DNA of 64,000 nucleotides. Origin: Bacteroidales bacterium (GTDB lineage: Bacteria > Bacteroidota > Bacteroidia > Bacteroidales > UBA932). The notes under the pieces are model-generated. The model did not search any database. It was not told the origin of the DNA and saw nothing but the letters and a program-made list of their open reading frames with translations. A program made the translations under genes and the position numbers. The stretch covers positions 6,891 through 70,890 of the forward strand of contig JAKSKO010000001.1 of NCBI GenBank assembly GCA_024401715.1, read 5' to 3'. Positions 48,816 to 57,986 of this stretch are shown here, in pieces; positions within the stretch are counted from its first letter, which is position 1; each line of letters starts with the position of its first letter.

Positions 48816-50126
48816 TTAGATATAAAGACTTACTATCGCCTCATACAACTCCTGGCTGCCGGAAGTGCATGCAGGCTCGCCCTGAGCTTTGGCATACTCT
48901 ACCACCTGCTCCAGTGTAAGCTCACCGTCCTCGAACTTCTTGCCCATACCCTCGTCATAAGAAGCGTAGCGCTCCTTAAGCATTGCAGGGATCTCTGAAT
49001 TCTCCAGGATATCGGCAGCAATCAGAAGGGCGCGTGCCATCATGTCCATACCGCTGATATGTGCGATGAAGATATCCTTCAGGTCTGTAGAGTTACGGCG
49101 TGTCTTGGCGTCGAAGTTGGTGCCGCCGCCCTGGAATCCGCCGCCTTTCACAATCACAAGCATTGCCTGTACAAGCTCGTAGATATCAACAGGGAACTGG
49201 TCTGTATCCCAGCCGTTCTGGTAGTCACCGCGGTTTGCGTCAATTGATCCCAGCATGCCGTTGTCCACTGCGCACTGAAGCTCGTGCTCGAAGGTGTGGC
49301 CGGCAAGTGTTGCGTGGTTAACCTCAATGTTCACCTTGAAGTCCTTGTCCAGGCCGTTTGCCTTAAGGAAGCCGATAACAGTCTCCGTGTCAACATCATA
49401 CTGATGCTTCATAGGTTCCATCGGCTTAGGCTCGATGAGGAATACGCCCTTGAAGCCCTTTGAACGCGCGTAATCGCGAGCCATGCGGAGCATTGTTGCA
49501 AGGTGTGCCTTCTCACGTTTCATATCGGTGTTAAGAAGGCTCATATAACCCTCTCGGCCGCCCCAGAACACATATGCGTCACCGCCCAGCGCGATGGTTG
49601 CGTCCAGAGAATTCTTGATCTGAACCATTGCACGTGCGGCAACGTTGAAATCAGGATTGGTGCTTGCACCGTTCATATATCTCTTGTGACCGAATACGTT
49701 GGCAGTGCCCCAGAGGTTCTTGATGCCTGTCTCTTTCATCTTCTGCTGCAGATATGCAACAATCTCCTTGTAGTTTGCCTCGTACTCCTCTATGGTCTGG
49801 GCCTCCTCGCAAAGGTCCACGTCATGGAAACAGAAATACTCTATTCCAAGTTTCTGCATAATCTCGAAACCTGCATCAGCTTTGGCTTTCGCACGCTCCA
49901 GTGCAGTTGCGCCCTCATTCCAAGGGAAATTCTTTGTGCCCGGGCCGAACTGGTCGCTGCCCTCGGCGCACAGGGTGTGCCACCATGCCATGGCAAACTT
50001 GAACCAATCTTTCATCGGTTTGCCTGCCACAACACGCTCCGGCTGATAGTAGTGGAATGCCATAGGATTTTTCGAAGATGTTCCTTCGAATGGGATCTTG
50101 CCGATCTCAGGGAAATACTGTTTCAT
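48816..50126 (-). CDS. xylA: Xylose isomerase (class II)
   Basis: FAMAWWHTLC, FCFHDVD, LWGTAN, VFWGGREGY, LIEPKP, NIEVNHA, GWDTDQFP. Confidence 0.97.
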   Translation of the reverse strand: MKQYFPEIGKIPFEGTSSKNPMAFHYYQPERVVAGKPMKDWFKFAMAWWHTLCAEGSDQFGPGTKNFPWNEGATALERAKAKADAGFEIMQKLGIEYFCFHDVDLCEEAQTIEEYEANYKEIVAYLQQKMKETGIKNLWGTANVFGHKRYMNGASTNPDFNVAARAMVQIKNSLDATIALGGDAYVFWGGREGYMSLLNTDMKREKAHLATMLRMARDYARSKGFKGVFLIEPKPMEPMKHQYDVDTETVIGFLKANGLDKDFKVNIEVNHATLAGHTFEHELQCAVDNGMLGSIDANRGDYQNGWDTDQFPVDIYELVQAMLVIVKGGGFQGGGTNFDAKTRRNSTDLKDIFIAHISGMDMMARALLIAADILENSEIPAMLKERYASYDEGMGKKFEDGELTLEQVVEYAKAQGEPACTSGSQELYEAIVSLYI

Positions 50127-50138
50127 TGTTTAGTAAAA

Positions 50139-51602
50139 TTATAGGTTTTTAATCCAATTCTCATATGCTTTGTCCAAGTCCTCCTTCCACTGCGGGTTTG
50201 GAGTGACTCTTTCCAGACAATTAAGGCTCTTGAATGTTTCCTGACTGCTTGCATAAAGCCCGGCGCCAAGGGCCGCACCGCGTGCCGCACCAAGGGAGCC
50301 GTCCGTATCGTAAAGCTCTATGGTTGCATCGCAGAGGGTGGCAAGGCTCTGGCGGAAGATGTCGCTCAGGAAGAGATTGGCCTTGCCTGCACGTATAACC
50401 GAAAGGTTCAGTCCCAGCTCCTTCATCACATCTATGCCATAGCGGAAGGCGAAGGCTATGCCCTCCTGGGCTGCACGCAGCATATGGCTGCGGGTGTGAC
50501 GCACAAGACTCAGACCCAGCATGCCGGCCCCGGGAGCCTTGTTTTCCAGCACGCGCTCCGCTCCGTTTCCGAAAGGATACATCAGAAGGCCGTCGCAGCC
50601 TGCTGGGGCCTTTGCAGCCTCCTGGTTCATCTGCGGGTAGCTGAGTTCCGGACACACGTTGCGGTGCAGCCAGCTGTTGAGGATACCCGTTCCGTTGATG
50701 CACAGAAGCACGCCCAGACGCTGCTGCTGCGCAGTATTGTTCACATGCAGGAAGGTGTTCACGCGGCTTGCACTGTCTGCCTTCGGCAGGTCTGTCACGC
50801 CGTAAACCACACCCGATGTACCGCCCGTTGCAGCAACTTCGCCGGGGTTCAGCACATTAAGGCTGAAGGCATTGTTAGGCTGGTCTCCGGCGCGATAGGA
50901 AACAGGGGTTCCTTCCGAAAGCCCTGTGAGGGCCGATGCCTCGGCGCTAATTCTTGTGGCAATGCCTATGGAAGGCACTATGTCGCAGAATTTATCCTTG
51001 TCTATGCCGTAATATTCCGCCACGAAATCTGCGCGGCAATTATCCTTGAAATCCCAGAGTATGCCCTCCGAGAGCCCGGTTTCGGATGTTCCCATCTCTC
51101 CGGACAGCTTGTATGCAATGTAGTCTCCGGGCAGCATGAACCTGTATATCTTTGCATACAGTTCAGGTTCATTCTTTATCACCCATGCAAGTTTGGATGC
51201 AGTGAAGTTTCCAGGGGAATTCAGCAGATGCTCCAAGCACTTCTCACGGCCCAGTTCCTCCATAGCCTGCGCACCAAGTTCCACGGCACGGCTGTCGCAC
51301 CAGATGATGGAATCGCGCAGAGGCTTCCCCTCCCTGTCCACACAAACAAGGCCGTGCATCTGATAGGTGATACCCACAGCCTTCACAGCCTTCAAATCTA
51401 TGGTTTTTCCCACATCGTCAATACCCTCAAGCACATACTTCCACCACATGTCCGGGTCCTGCTCGGCCCAGGCGGTGTGTACGGCCTTTATAGGCATTTC
51501 AACTTTCGGATTTGTGGAAGAGGCGGCGCAACTGCCGCTTGCAAGGTCCAGGACCGATACTTTTACGGATGAAGATCCGACGTCTATTCCCAAAGTATAC
51601 AT
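50139..51602 (-). CDS. xylB: Xylulokinase
   Basis: LGIDVGSSSVK, GITYQMHG, IIWCDSR, GDQPNNA, GGTSGV. Start corrected to MYTLGID at 51602. Adjacent to xylA. Confidence 0.92.
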   Translation of the reverse strand: MYTLGIDVGSSSVKVSVLDLASGSCAASSTNPKVEMPIKAVHTAWAEQDPDMWWKYVLEGIDDVGKTIDLKAVKAVGITYQMHGLVCVDREGKPLRDSIIWCDSRAVELGAQAMEELGREKCLEHLLNSPGNFTASKLAWVIKNEPELYAKIYRFMLPGDYIAYKLSGEMGTSETGLSEGILWDFKDNCRADFVAEYYGIDKDKFCDIVPSIGIATRISAEASALTGLSEGTPVSYRAGDQPNNAFSLNVLNPGEVAATGGTSGVVYGVTDLPKADSASRVNTFLHVNNTAQQQRLGVLLCINGTGILNSWLHRNVCPELSYPQMNQEAAKAPAGCDGLLMYPFGNGAERVLENKAPGAGMLGLSLVRHTRSHMLRAAQEGIAFAFRYGIDVMKELGLNLSVIRAGKANLFLSDIFRQSLATLCDATIELYDTDGSLGAARGAALGAGLYASSQETFKSLNCLERVTPNPQWKEDLDKAYENWIKNL

Positions 51603-51645
51603 AGGATAAAACAAGACAAAATTTGAGAAAAATGCAAAAAAAATA

Positions 51646-52518
51646 TCAGACAACAACCTTCTTTTTCTTGTAAATCAACCTGAATTCCGTAGGGCTCATC
51701 CCCTTGCTGTTCTTGAACGCCCTGTTGAAGTTGGAAAGGTTGTTGAAACCGCAGCCATAACATATCTCGGATACGTTCTTGCTGGTATCCACCAGTTCAC
51801 GCGCTGCAACTCCCAGACGAAGGTCCACTATGTAGGAAGAAAGGGTTTTCAAAGTCCTGAGCTTGAAAAACCTGCTGAAAGAAGACGGGCTCATGCCCAC
51901 CAGCGAGGCAAGTTCCTCCAGCTTCAGTTCCTCCCTGTAATGCGCTGCTATATACTCCTTCACCTTGCCCACCCTGCGGCTTTCTGAATTCTCCGCACGG
52001 GAGAAGGAGCCGCTGGACAGTATCCTGTAGTCACTTAGGGAAAGGTCGTGGAAAAGGCGGAAGAGTGTCATGGTCTGCTCGAAGCTGTCCTTCATTGAAG
52101 ACAGGGACACCAGGTACTTGTACACTGTCATGATGGCCTCCATCGGGAAGGAAATACCCCTCTTGGAATCCTCAAACATCTTTCCTATCGAAGAGAACTG
52201 ATTCTTCTCCAGAAGATTCTCTGAAAGGAGGTTTGCATGGAACTGTATGGTAACTTCCCTTATGTCGGTAGCTGTGCAGTTGCCCTGCTCCCAAACATGC
52301 TCCAGGCCTCCCGGGCCGATAAGCACCAGGTCGTAGTCTCCTATATATTCCACGCTGTCTCCAACAATGCGTCTTACTCCCTTGCCTCCCTGCACGAAGT
52401 TCAATTCGAACTCGCTGTGCTTGTGAAGGGGGTAGGTGAAGGAACTTTTCCTCCTTTCAGTTACATTGAAGCAGTCCTTTGAAGATATGGAACATATTTC
52501 TTCCAGTACCTGGCGCAT
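51646..52518 (-). CDS. AraC-family regulator with N-terminal cupin sensing domain
   Basis: YPLHKHSEFELNF cupin; C-terminal HTH pair LEELASLVGMSPSSFSRFFK ... VSEICYGCGFNNLSNFNRAFK. Confidence 0.93.
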   Translation of the reverse strand: MRQVLEEICSISSKDCFNVTERRKSSFTYPLHKHSEFELNFVQGGKGVRRIVGDSVEYIGDYDLVLIGPGGLEHVWEQGNCTATDIREVTIQFHANLLSENLLEKNQFSSIGKMFEDSKRGISFPMEAIMTVYKYLVSLSSMKDSFEQTMTLFRLFHDLSLSDYRILSSGSFSRAENSESRRVGKVKEYIAAHYREELKLEELASLVGMSPSSFSRFFKLRTLKTLSSYIVDLRLGVAARELVDTSKNVSEICYGCGFNNLSNFNRAFKNSKGMSPTEFRLIYKKKKVVV

Positions 52519-52532
52519 ATCCCGGATAAGTC

Positions 52533-54167
52533 TTATTTGGTTGGTGCGTGATCGTAGATATAGTCCAGTGTGTAAGCTGCGGAATCATCGGTCATGGCCT
52601 TCACCATAACGTCCACAAGTTCTTTTGAATGGTCTATATACTGGCCGTTTCCGTGGTCTATGTATGCGTGATGCTCCGATCCTGTTCCCTTGTTGCCGTT
52701 ATCCCACAGCAGGCAAGGGATGGAATAAGTCTTGCAGGCTTTCACGAAATACTCCAGATAGTATTTCTCGCAACGCCAGTCGGCCGTGTTGTAGGCACGC
52801 ATGCTGCAGCCGAACTCGCCCATATATACAGGGATGCCCTTTGCTATATAGTTGGAGTACAGTGTAGCCAACACGTCTTTCACATTCTTCTCATCCCATG
52901 AATTGCCCATGGTGTGGCCCCATCTCTTGCTCATGCATCCCTCTGCAATGGTGTAGTCGTAAGGGTCATAGCAGTGCACCGCCAGCATGGTCTTGTTTGC
53001 AGGGTCTGAAGGGAGTTTGAATGCACCGATGAACTTTGTTGAAGGGCTTGCGCAGTATGTTGGCACGCCAAGCCATCTTGTGGCATTGTTACCGCCTGTT
53101 GCACGCACTGCATCCACGAACACCTGGTTCCACTGGTTCAGGATCTGCGCCTGGGCAACGGAATTGGCGCTGCCGCCCCACTTGCCGTCGTTTATCTCGT
53201 TAAAACTCTCGAAGATAAGATAGTCACCCTCGTTCTTGAACTCGTTAGCCACGTTTGTCCAGAAAACTTTTACCTCCTCTTTTACCTGGGTATTTACAGC
53301 CTCATCCTTTGTGGCATCGATGATGTTCTGCCATGTATGATAGCCACGGTTGCCGTCATCTGTAAGATAGTGATCCTCGTCATGATGGGTGTTGATAATC
53401 ACCTGCAGGCCAGCGTTCTTTGCAAAGCCCACAACCTCTTTGATGCGGTTCATCCAGGTTTCGTCTATCTTGTAGTCCGGAGCCGGGCCTATGGTCTTGA
53501 GCCATGTGATAGGAATACGTACGGAACGGAAGCCTGCATTGTAGAGGCCGGTGAAGGTTGCCTGGGTACATTTAGGGTTACCCCAGCATTCCTCGTCCGG
53601 CCAAAGGAATTTGTCACCTGCCCATGTGCCGTTGTAGAAGGCATCGAAATGGTTACCCAAGTTGAAGCCAAGCTGCAGTTTTGCAAGAATCTTGGCAGGG
53701 TCTCCGTCCGGTTTCGGATCCGGATCGGGGTCCGGTGTTGGAGGAAGCGGAGCAGATTTGGTTGTAAACTTGAATGTGGCAGCTGCAGCTGCATCCTGGT
53801 TCTGCTTGAAGCCCTGGACAGCATCCGCACCAATGCTTAGGGTATATGTTTTGTCTGCCGCCAAATCGCCTACGGTAACGGTAAGCTTGGTATCATATGG
53901 ATTGATGCTTACAATCTTTGCACCGTTATCCACAGTTATCTTGCTCCAGTTTGCGGTGAGGCATTTGATATTCTGGTCGTAAGTGAACGCAACAGCGAAG
54001 CTGGATTCATAGTTGACATCATTCACACCGTCCGCAGGGGTGGTGGAAAGGAGTTTCGGTGCGGCGGCCTTCTGTCCCGGGGTCGGGTCTGGAGAGGCTT
54101 TTCCGCCACAGGCCACGGCAACAATTGCCATTGCGGCCCAAAGCATAATTCCATAGATTCTTTTCAT
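52533..54167 (-). CDS. GH5 endoglucanase/xyloglucanase-like lipoprotein (Ig-like domain, Pro/Asp linker, catalytic domain)
   Basis: Lipobox ...IVAVAC; STTPADG Ig-like start; PTPDPDPDPKPD linker; GFNLGN, RIPITW, INTHHD, FESFNE, YMGEFG, LWDNG. Subfamily 4 is a guess. Confidence 0.85.
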   Translation of the reverse strand: MKRIYGIMLWAAMAIVAVACGGKASPDPTPGQKAAAPKLLSTTPADGVNDVNYESSFAVAFTYDQNIKCLTANWSKITVDNGAKIVSINPYDTKLTVTVGDLAADKTYTLSIGADAVQGFKQNQDAAAAATFKFTTKSAPLPPTPDPDPDPKPDGDPAKILAKLQLGFNLGNHFDAFYNGTWAGDKFLWPDEECWGNPKCTQATFTGLYNAGFRSVRIPITWLKTIGPAPDYKIDETWMNRIKEVVGFAKNAGLQVIINTHHDEDHYLTDDGNRGYHTWQNIIDATKDEAVNTQVKEEVKVFWTNVANEFKNEGDYLIFESFNEINDGKWGGSANSVAQAQILNQWNQVFVDAVRATGGNNATRWLGVPTYCASPSTKFIGAFKLPSDPANKTMLAVHCYDPYDYTIAEGCMSKRWGHTMGNSWDEKNVKDVLATLYSNYIAKGIPVYMGEFGCSMRAYNTADWRCEKYYLEYFVKACKTYSIPCLLWDNGNKGTGSEHHAYIDHGNGQYIDHSKELVDVMVKAMTDDSAAYTLDYIYDHAPTK

Positions 54168-54188
54168 CTCTAATTATTGTTAGTTTTA

Positions 54189-54220
54189 GGGAGCAGCGGC
54201 CGTTTCACCGCCCGCTGCCC
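54189..54220 (-). other. GC-rich intergenic stem-loop without a downstream U tract
   Basis: GCAGCGG (54193-54199) pairs with CCGCTGC (54212-54218), with flanking GGG/CCC. On the coding strand it is followed by TAAAAC, not a U run. Confidence 0.6.
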
Positions 54221-54232
54221 AAAAAGTTTTTG

Positions 54233-56608
54233 TTATGGAAGAACTGCGATAGAGACAACTCTCATATCACTGCCCTGGCAAACAAATGAATATTTACCGG
54301 AAGGAGAAGCGTACTTGGTACCCGCATTAAGACCTGCATAGTCACCGACATTATTCTGAGCAATTGCGAGGTTCTCTGCATCAAGAGTAAGTTCAACCCT
54401 AGTGGCAGTACCAATGATATCAGTCTTGATGTATGCGCCACCAATTTCGGCAAAATTGTATGAACTATCTTTCCACCAGCCATCATTAATCTGGATCTGA
54501 CCCCAGTCTTTGGTGTGCTCGATGTAGAAAATCAGTTTTGCACCCGGTTTGAGATCCTTGAAGTATTCGTATGCAAGACCGAAACGGCCGTCATCACCCC
54601 ATGTCATGTCGCAAGGGCCTTCGAATACTGTGATTTCCTGAGAAATTTCCTTGACACTTTCTGCCTTTTTGATGACACAACCATTACCGGTAAGAGAGAT
54701 ACCACTTGCATAATTGCTCTTGAGATCCGCGTCTACGGTAAGAGTGATAACACCGCTTTCACCAGGCTGGATACCAGATCCAGCTGGATCGAACTGGTAG
54801 ATAGGGCTACCCTCTGGGTTGAAGCTCCAGCCTGCACCAATCATACGGATTTGTGTATATCCGTCAGGAATAGGATTCATAACGTCGTAGTAGATGTAGA
54901 GGTCCTGTCCAATTGCAAGGGAAGCAACATCTTCTGCAGAGAGAACGCTAACCTCATTCCAAGCTACTGGACTTGCACCCTCAAAATAGGTTGTGAATTC
55001 ACGCTCCAACATAACCTCGATAGGCTCTGCCTGGAACTCCTCGTCACCGTCAAAGAGGACGAATTTAAGGTCGTATGAACCAACTTTAGCCCAAGGCATG
55101 ATGAACTGGATCTCCTCTGGGGTGCGAAGCGCATATCTGGTAACTTTGTTCTCACCCACATAGATGCTCTCAACAAGATCCATATTGGTACCCTTAAGAG
55201 CAACAATCTCGCCGATATGCTGGCCTGCAGGACGCTCTGTTACGATTACCTTGCTGTGGTACTTCATTACAACAGCATCCTCTGATACAAGCTTCTCACC
55301 GTTTGCAAGGGTGAGAGTAACAACACCGCTTACAGAAGTAACATCTGTACCAAGGCTGAGAGATGTCTCACTCTGCTCCTCGATAGGACAATCTTTCGGA
55401 CCTATTGTTGCGCTTACAACAAGGTCCAGGTCTGTACCGGTAACAACCACAGGCTCGTCACCGGCATAAAGTTCCATAGGAGCAATGTTTGTAATGGTTG
55501 GATGTACAAGAGTGAAGGCAACTGTTGATTTGTAGCCGTTAGGAAGTGAAAGAGTTACATCACCCTCTTTGGCAGTTGCGGGAACAGTGACTGTAATATC
55601 GCCTTCTTCTGTATGGTTGAACACCGCATCTGCCGCACCATCAAAGTCTACTTTGGACACAACATCCAGATCTTTACCTGTGATTTTAAGTTCCGCACCA
55701 GCTTTTACCGGCTGCGGAGCAGCTGAAAGCTCTGTAGGAAGGATGAACTCAACCTCACCGGCTTCAAATGAATCGCCCTGGAAAGAAACTGCAGAATAAA
55801 CACCGTCCTGTGCAAGGGCAGGAACAACCAGCTTAATCTGATCCTTTTCGGCATCATAAGAGAAATCCTCGGCAACAAACTCTCCGAATTTGAAGTATTT
55901 CACCATCTCCAGATGAGTACCGTTAACGGTAAGAATGTCATCTGCCTTTACTGAAGCCCTGAGTTTTCTCTCAACCTGAGGTTTGCCCATTACCAGATCC
56001 TCGGCAGAATAGAAGAGGGTCTCCACGGAAGCACCGTCAGAAAGAATGATCTTGCCTGTAACAGCGTCATCAGGGATAACAACCTTAGCCTCGTGGCGGG
56101 TAGAACCTTCCTCTACAGGAACCTCTGTGCCGCCGGCAAATACAACATGGTCTACAAGCTGCATGTATTCACCCTTCAGAGTGATAACATCGCCCGGATA
56201 TGCCGGTGTTTTAACTTCAAACGATTCAAGTCTGTAAGACTCTTTGTAGGTGAGTTCTGCACGGGTCTTGAGGATAGCGCCGTCTTTCGTCTTGAGAGAT
56301 ACGATACCCACTTCCGGACCCTCCAGAGGGACGATAACGCGAATCTCGCTAACCTTGCCGGTTTCCACAACCTTAATCTCGGTGATAGGGTCGACGCCCG
56401 GAATGTTAACCTCAACTACATTCTGGAGGTTTGAGCCGAAGAAGCGGAGAGCCGAACCACGCACTACCGGATTAGGACCGTAAGAAGCAAGAGTCACAGC
56501 GGTATCTGAATACTGGTTTGTATCCAGGTTTGCTGTTGTACAGCCAACAACGCCAAGAGCGAGGGCTGCTGTACAAAGAATTGCTGATATTTTATTGAAA
56601 ATTTTCAT
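54233..56608 (-). CDS. Surface glycan-binding lipoprotein with tandem IPT/TIG domains
   Basis: Lipobox ...LGVVGC; six repeats of a G-x5-6-G-x2-(L/M)-x2-V strand motif; two related C-terminal domains; position downstream of susD. Confidence 0.75.
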   Translation of the reverse strand: MKIFNKISAILCTAALALGVVGCTTANLDTNQYSDTAVTLASYGPNPVVRGSALRFFGSNLQNVVEVNIPGVDPITEIKVVETGKVSEIRVIVPLEGPEVGIVSLKTKDGAILKTRAELTYKESYRLESFEVKTPAYPGDVITLKGEYMQLVDHVVFAGGTEVPVEEGSTRHEAKVVIPDDAVTGKIILSDGASVETLFYSAEDLVMGKPQVERKLRASVKADDILTVNGTHLEMVKYFKFGEFVAEDFSYDAEKDQIKLVVPALAQDGVYSAVSFQGDSFEAGEVEFILPTELSAAPQPVKAGAELKITGKDLDVVSKVDFDGAADAVFNHTEEGDITVTVPATAKEGDVTLSLPNGYKSTVAFTLVHPTITNIAPMELYAGDEPVVVTGTDLDLVVSATIGPKDCPIEEQSETSLSLGTDVTSVSGVVTLTLANGEKLVSEDAVVMKYHSKVIVTERPAGQHIGEIVALKGTNMDLVESIYVGENKVTRYALRTPEEIQFIMPWAKVGSYDLKFVLFDGDEEFQAEPIEVMLEREFTTYFEGASPVAWNEVSVLSAEDVASLAIGQDLYIYYDVMNPIPDGYTQIRMIGAGWSFNPEGSPIYQFDPAGSGIQPGESGVITLTVDADLKSNYASGISLTGNGCVIKKAESVKEISQEITVFEGPCDMTWGDDGRFGLAYEYFKDLKPGAKLIFYIEHTKDWGQIQINDGWWKDSSYNFAEIGGAYIKTDIIGTATRVELTLDAENLAIAQNNVGDYAGLNAGTKYASPSGKYSFVCQGSDMRVVSIAVLP

Positions 56609-56624
56609 CTTGTTCTGAATTTAA

Positions 56625-57974
56625 TTAACGTACTGGAACGGCACGGACATTATCAATCAGGATATATGGTTTACAAGGTTTACCCTCATCTGATGTACCG
56701 CCGGCGAAGAAGAACTCAAGGTTGGAGAATGACTCCGGAGTGAGGGTGCCTGTTGCAGGTGTTCCATCCATATTATCGGTAAACGCAGTGAAAGGAACGG
56801 TGACGGTAACCCACTGGTTGTTTGTGCTGTACACTCCACCCTCCGCAGTTTTCCAAGGTCTCCACATATAACGCGGGTGCTGCTTGTCTTTCGCGAAGTA
56901 AGTGTTGTTACATCCTGCAAGAACGTTGCCATGGATATCAAGAACACCGGCATTGCCGTTAGATACCTGAGTTACAGAAGAGAAGATAATTTGCATAGGA
57001 CAACCTGTCCAAGGACGTTCCGGATCAACCTTAACCTCAAACTTGATGCACATAGATGCAAAGTTTGTGAAGTCCACAAGGTCAATGAGACGACGACCGT
57101 CCCATGTGCCGTAAGTTTCCGGATCCTGCCAGTTGCCTGCCCAGTACTCGAAGTGGCATTTGCCATCCTGCCAGTCTTCGCCGTTAGCAGTGAATTCCTG
57201 CTCACCGTTACTTGCAATAAGGGCAACTGAACCGCCCACGCCCTGGCCTTCGGCAGTAAGATCACATGCATGCCAGCCATGGTTGATGGTATAAAGACCG
57301 TTTGTACCGTCAAAGTCAAAGAGAAGACCGCGGTTGTCGGCATAATAAAAATCAGAAGCCGATGTACCAGAAGCTGTGGTTACACGCACCTTACCAGGCT
57401 GTGCACCTGCAGGAACCTTAACATCGAAAGATGTCATTGTAAGGTTCTTGATCTCTGTTGCTTTTGCACCAGGGAACTCAACCACCATAGGTTCGCCACC
57501 CTCTTTCTGATAGAAGTAGTTACCGTAAATTGTAACAAACTCACCAGGCTGTGCATACTCAAAGCTCATCTCCCTTACGCTTGGTACTGGAGGAAGCACG
57601 CGGAAATCGTATGTAACGGTGTCTTTTGCCGCAGTAATCAGATAAATCTTGTCTGTCTCCACTGTAGGCATAGTCTTAGGCACCTGAACCATAAGGGTGT
57701 TGTCTGTGACATAGCTGGTGTTTAGAATGGCCTGCTGGTCGTTGAACCAAACGTCGTGAACGCTGCGAAGATTCTCACCAAGGATACAAACCACTTCCTC
57801 CATGAAGGCCTGGTCGATGTAAGTGTCGGTAGATGAGTAACGAACACTGTGAACGGTTGGCACACCACTGGTTGGACGGAAACGGTCCGGATAGTCCACT
57901 TTGTCGCAAGAGCTGAGACCCATGACAAAGAGAGTAGCTGCAAAAATATAGCTAAGTGTCTTAATAGATTTCAT
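56625..57974 (-). CDS. SGBP-B-like surface glycan-binding lipoprotein
   Basis: Lipobox ...GLSSC; ILGENL and PGEFVTIYGNYF IPT motifs; Trp-rich C-terminal domain; directly after susD. Confidence 0.78.
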   Translation of the reverse strand: MKSIKTLSYIFAATLFVMGLSSCDKVDYPDRFRPTSGVPTVHSVRYSSTDTYIDQAFMEEVVCILGENLRSVHDVWFNDQQAILNTSYVTDNTLMVQVPKTMPTVETDKIYLITAAKDTVTYDFRVLPPVPSVREMSFEYAQPGEFVTIYGNYFYQKEGGEPMVVEFPGAKATEIKNLTMTSFDVKVPAGAQPGKVRVTTASGTSASDFYYADNRGLLFDFDGTNGLYTINHGWHACDLTAEGQGVGGSVALIASNGEQEFTANGEDWQDGKCHFEYWAGNWQDPETYGTWDGRRLIDLVDFTNFASMCIKFEVKVDPERPWTGCPMQIIFSSVTQVSNGNAGVLDIHGNVLAGCNNTYFAKDKQHPRYMWRPWKTAEGGVYSTNNQWVTVTVPFTAFTDNMDGTPATGTLTPESFSNLEFFFAGGTSDEGKPCKPYILIDNVRAVPVR

Positions 57975-57986
57975 TTCTCACTTCAA

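Noticed and set aside
53700-53750. Pro/Asp low-complexity repeat (PTPDPDPDPKPD)
   Set aside because: An ordinary interdomain linker in a glycoside hydrolase, not a DNA repeat element.
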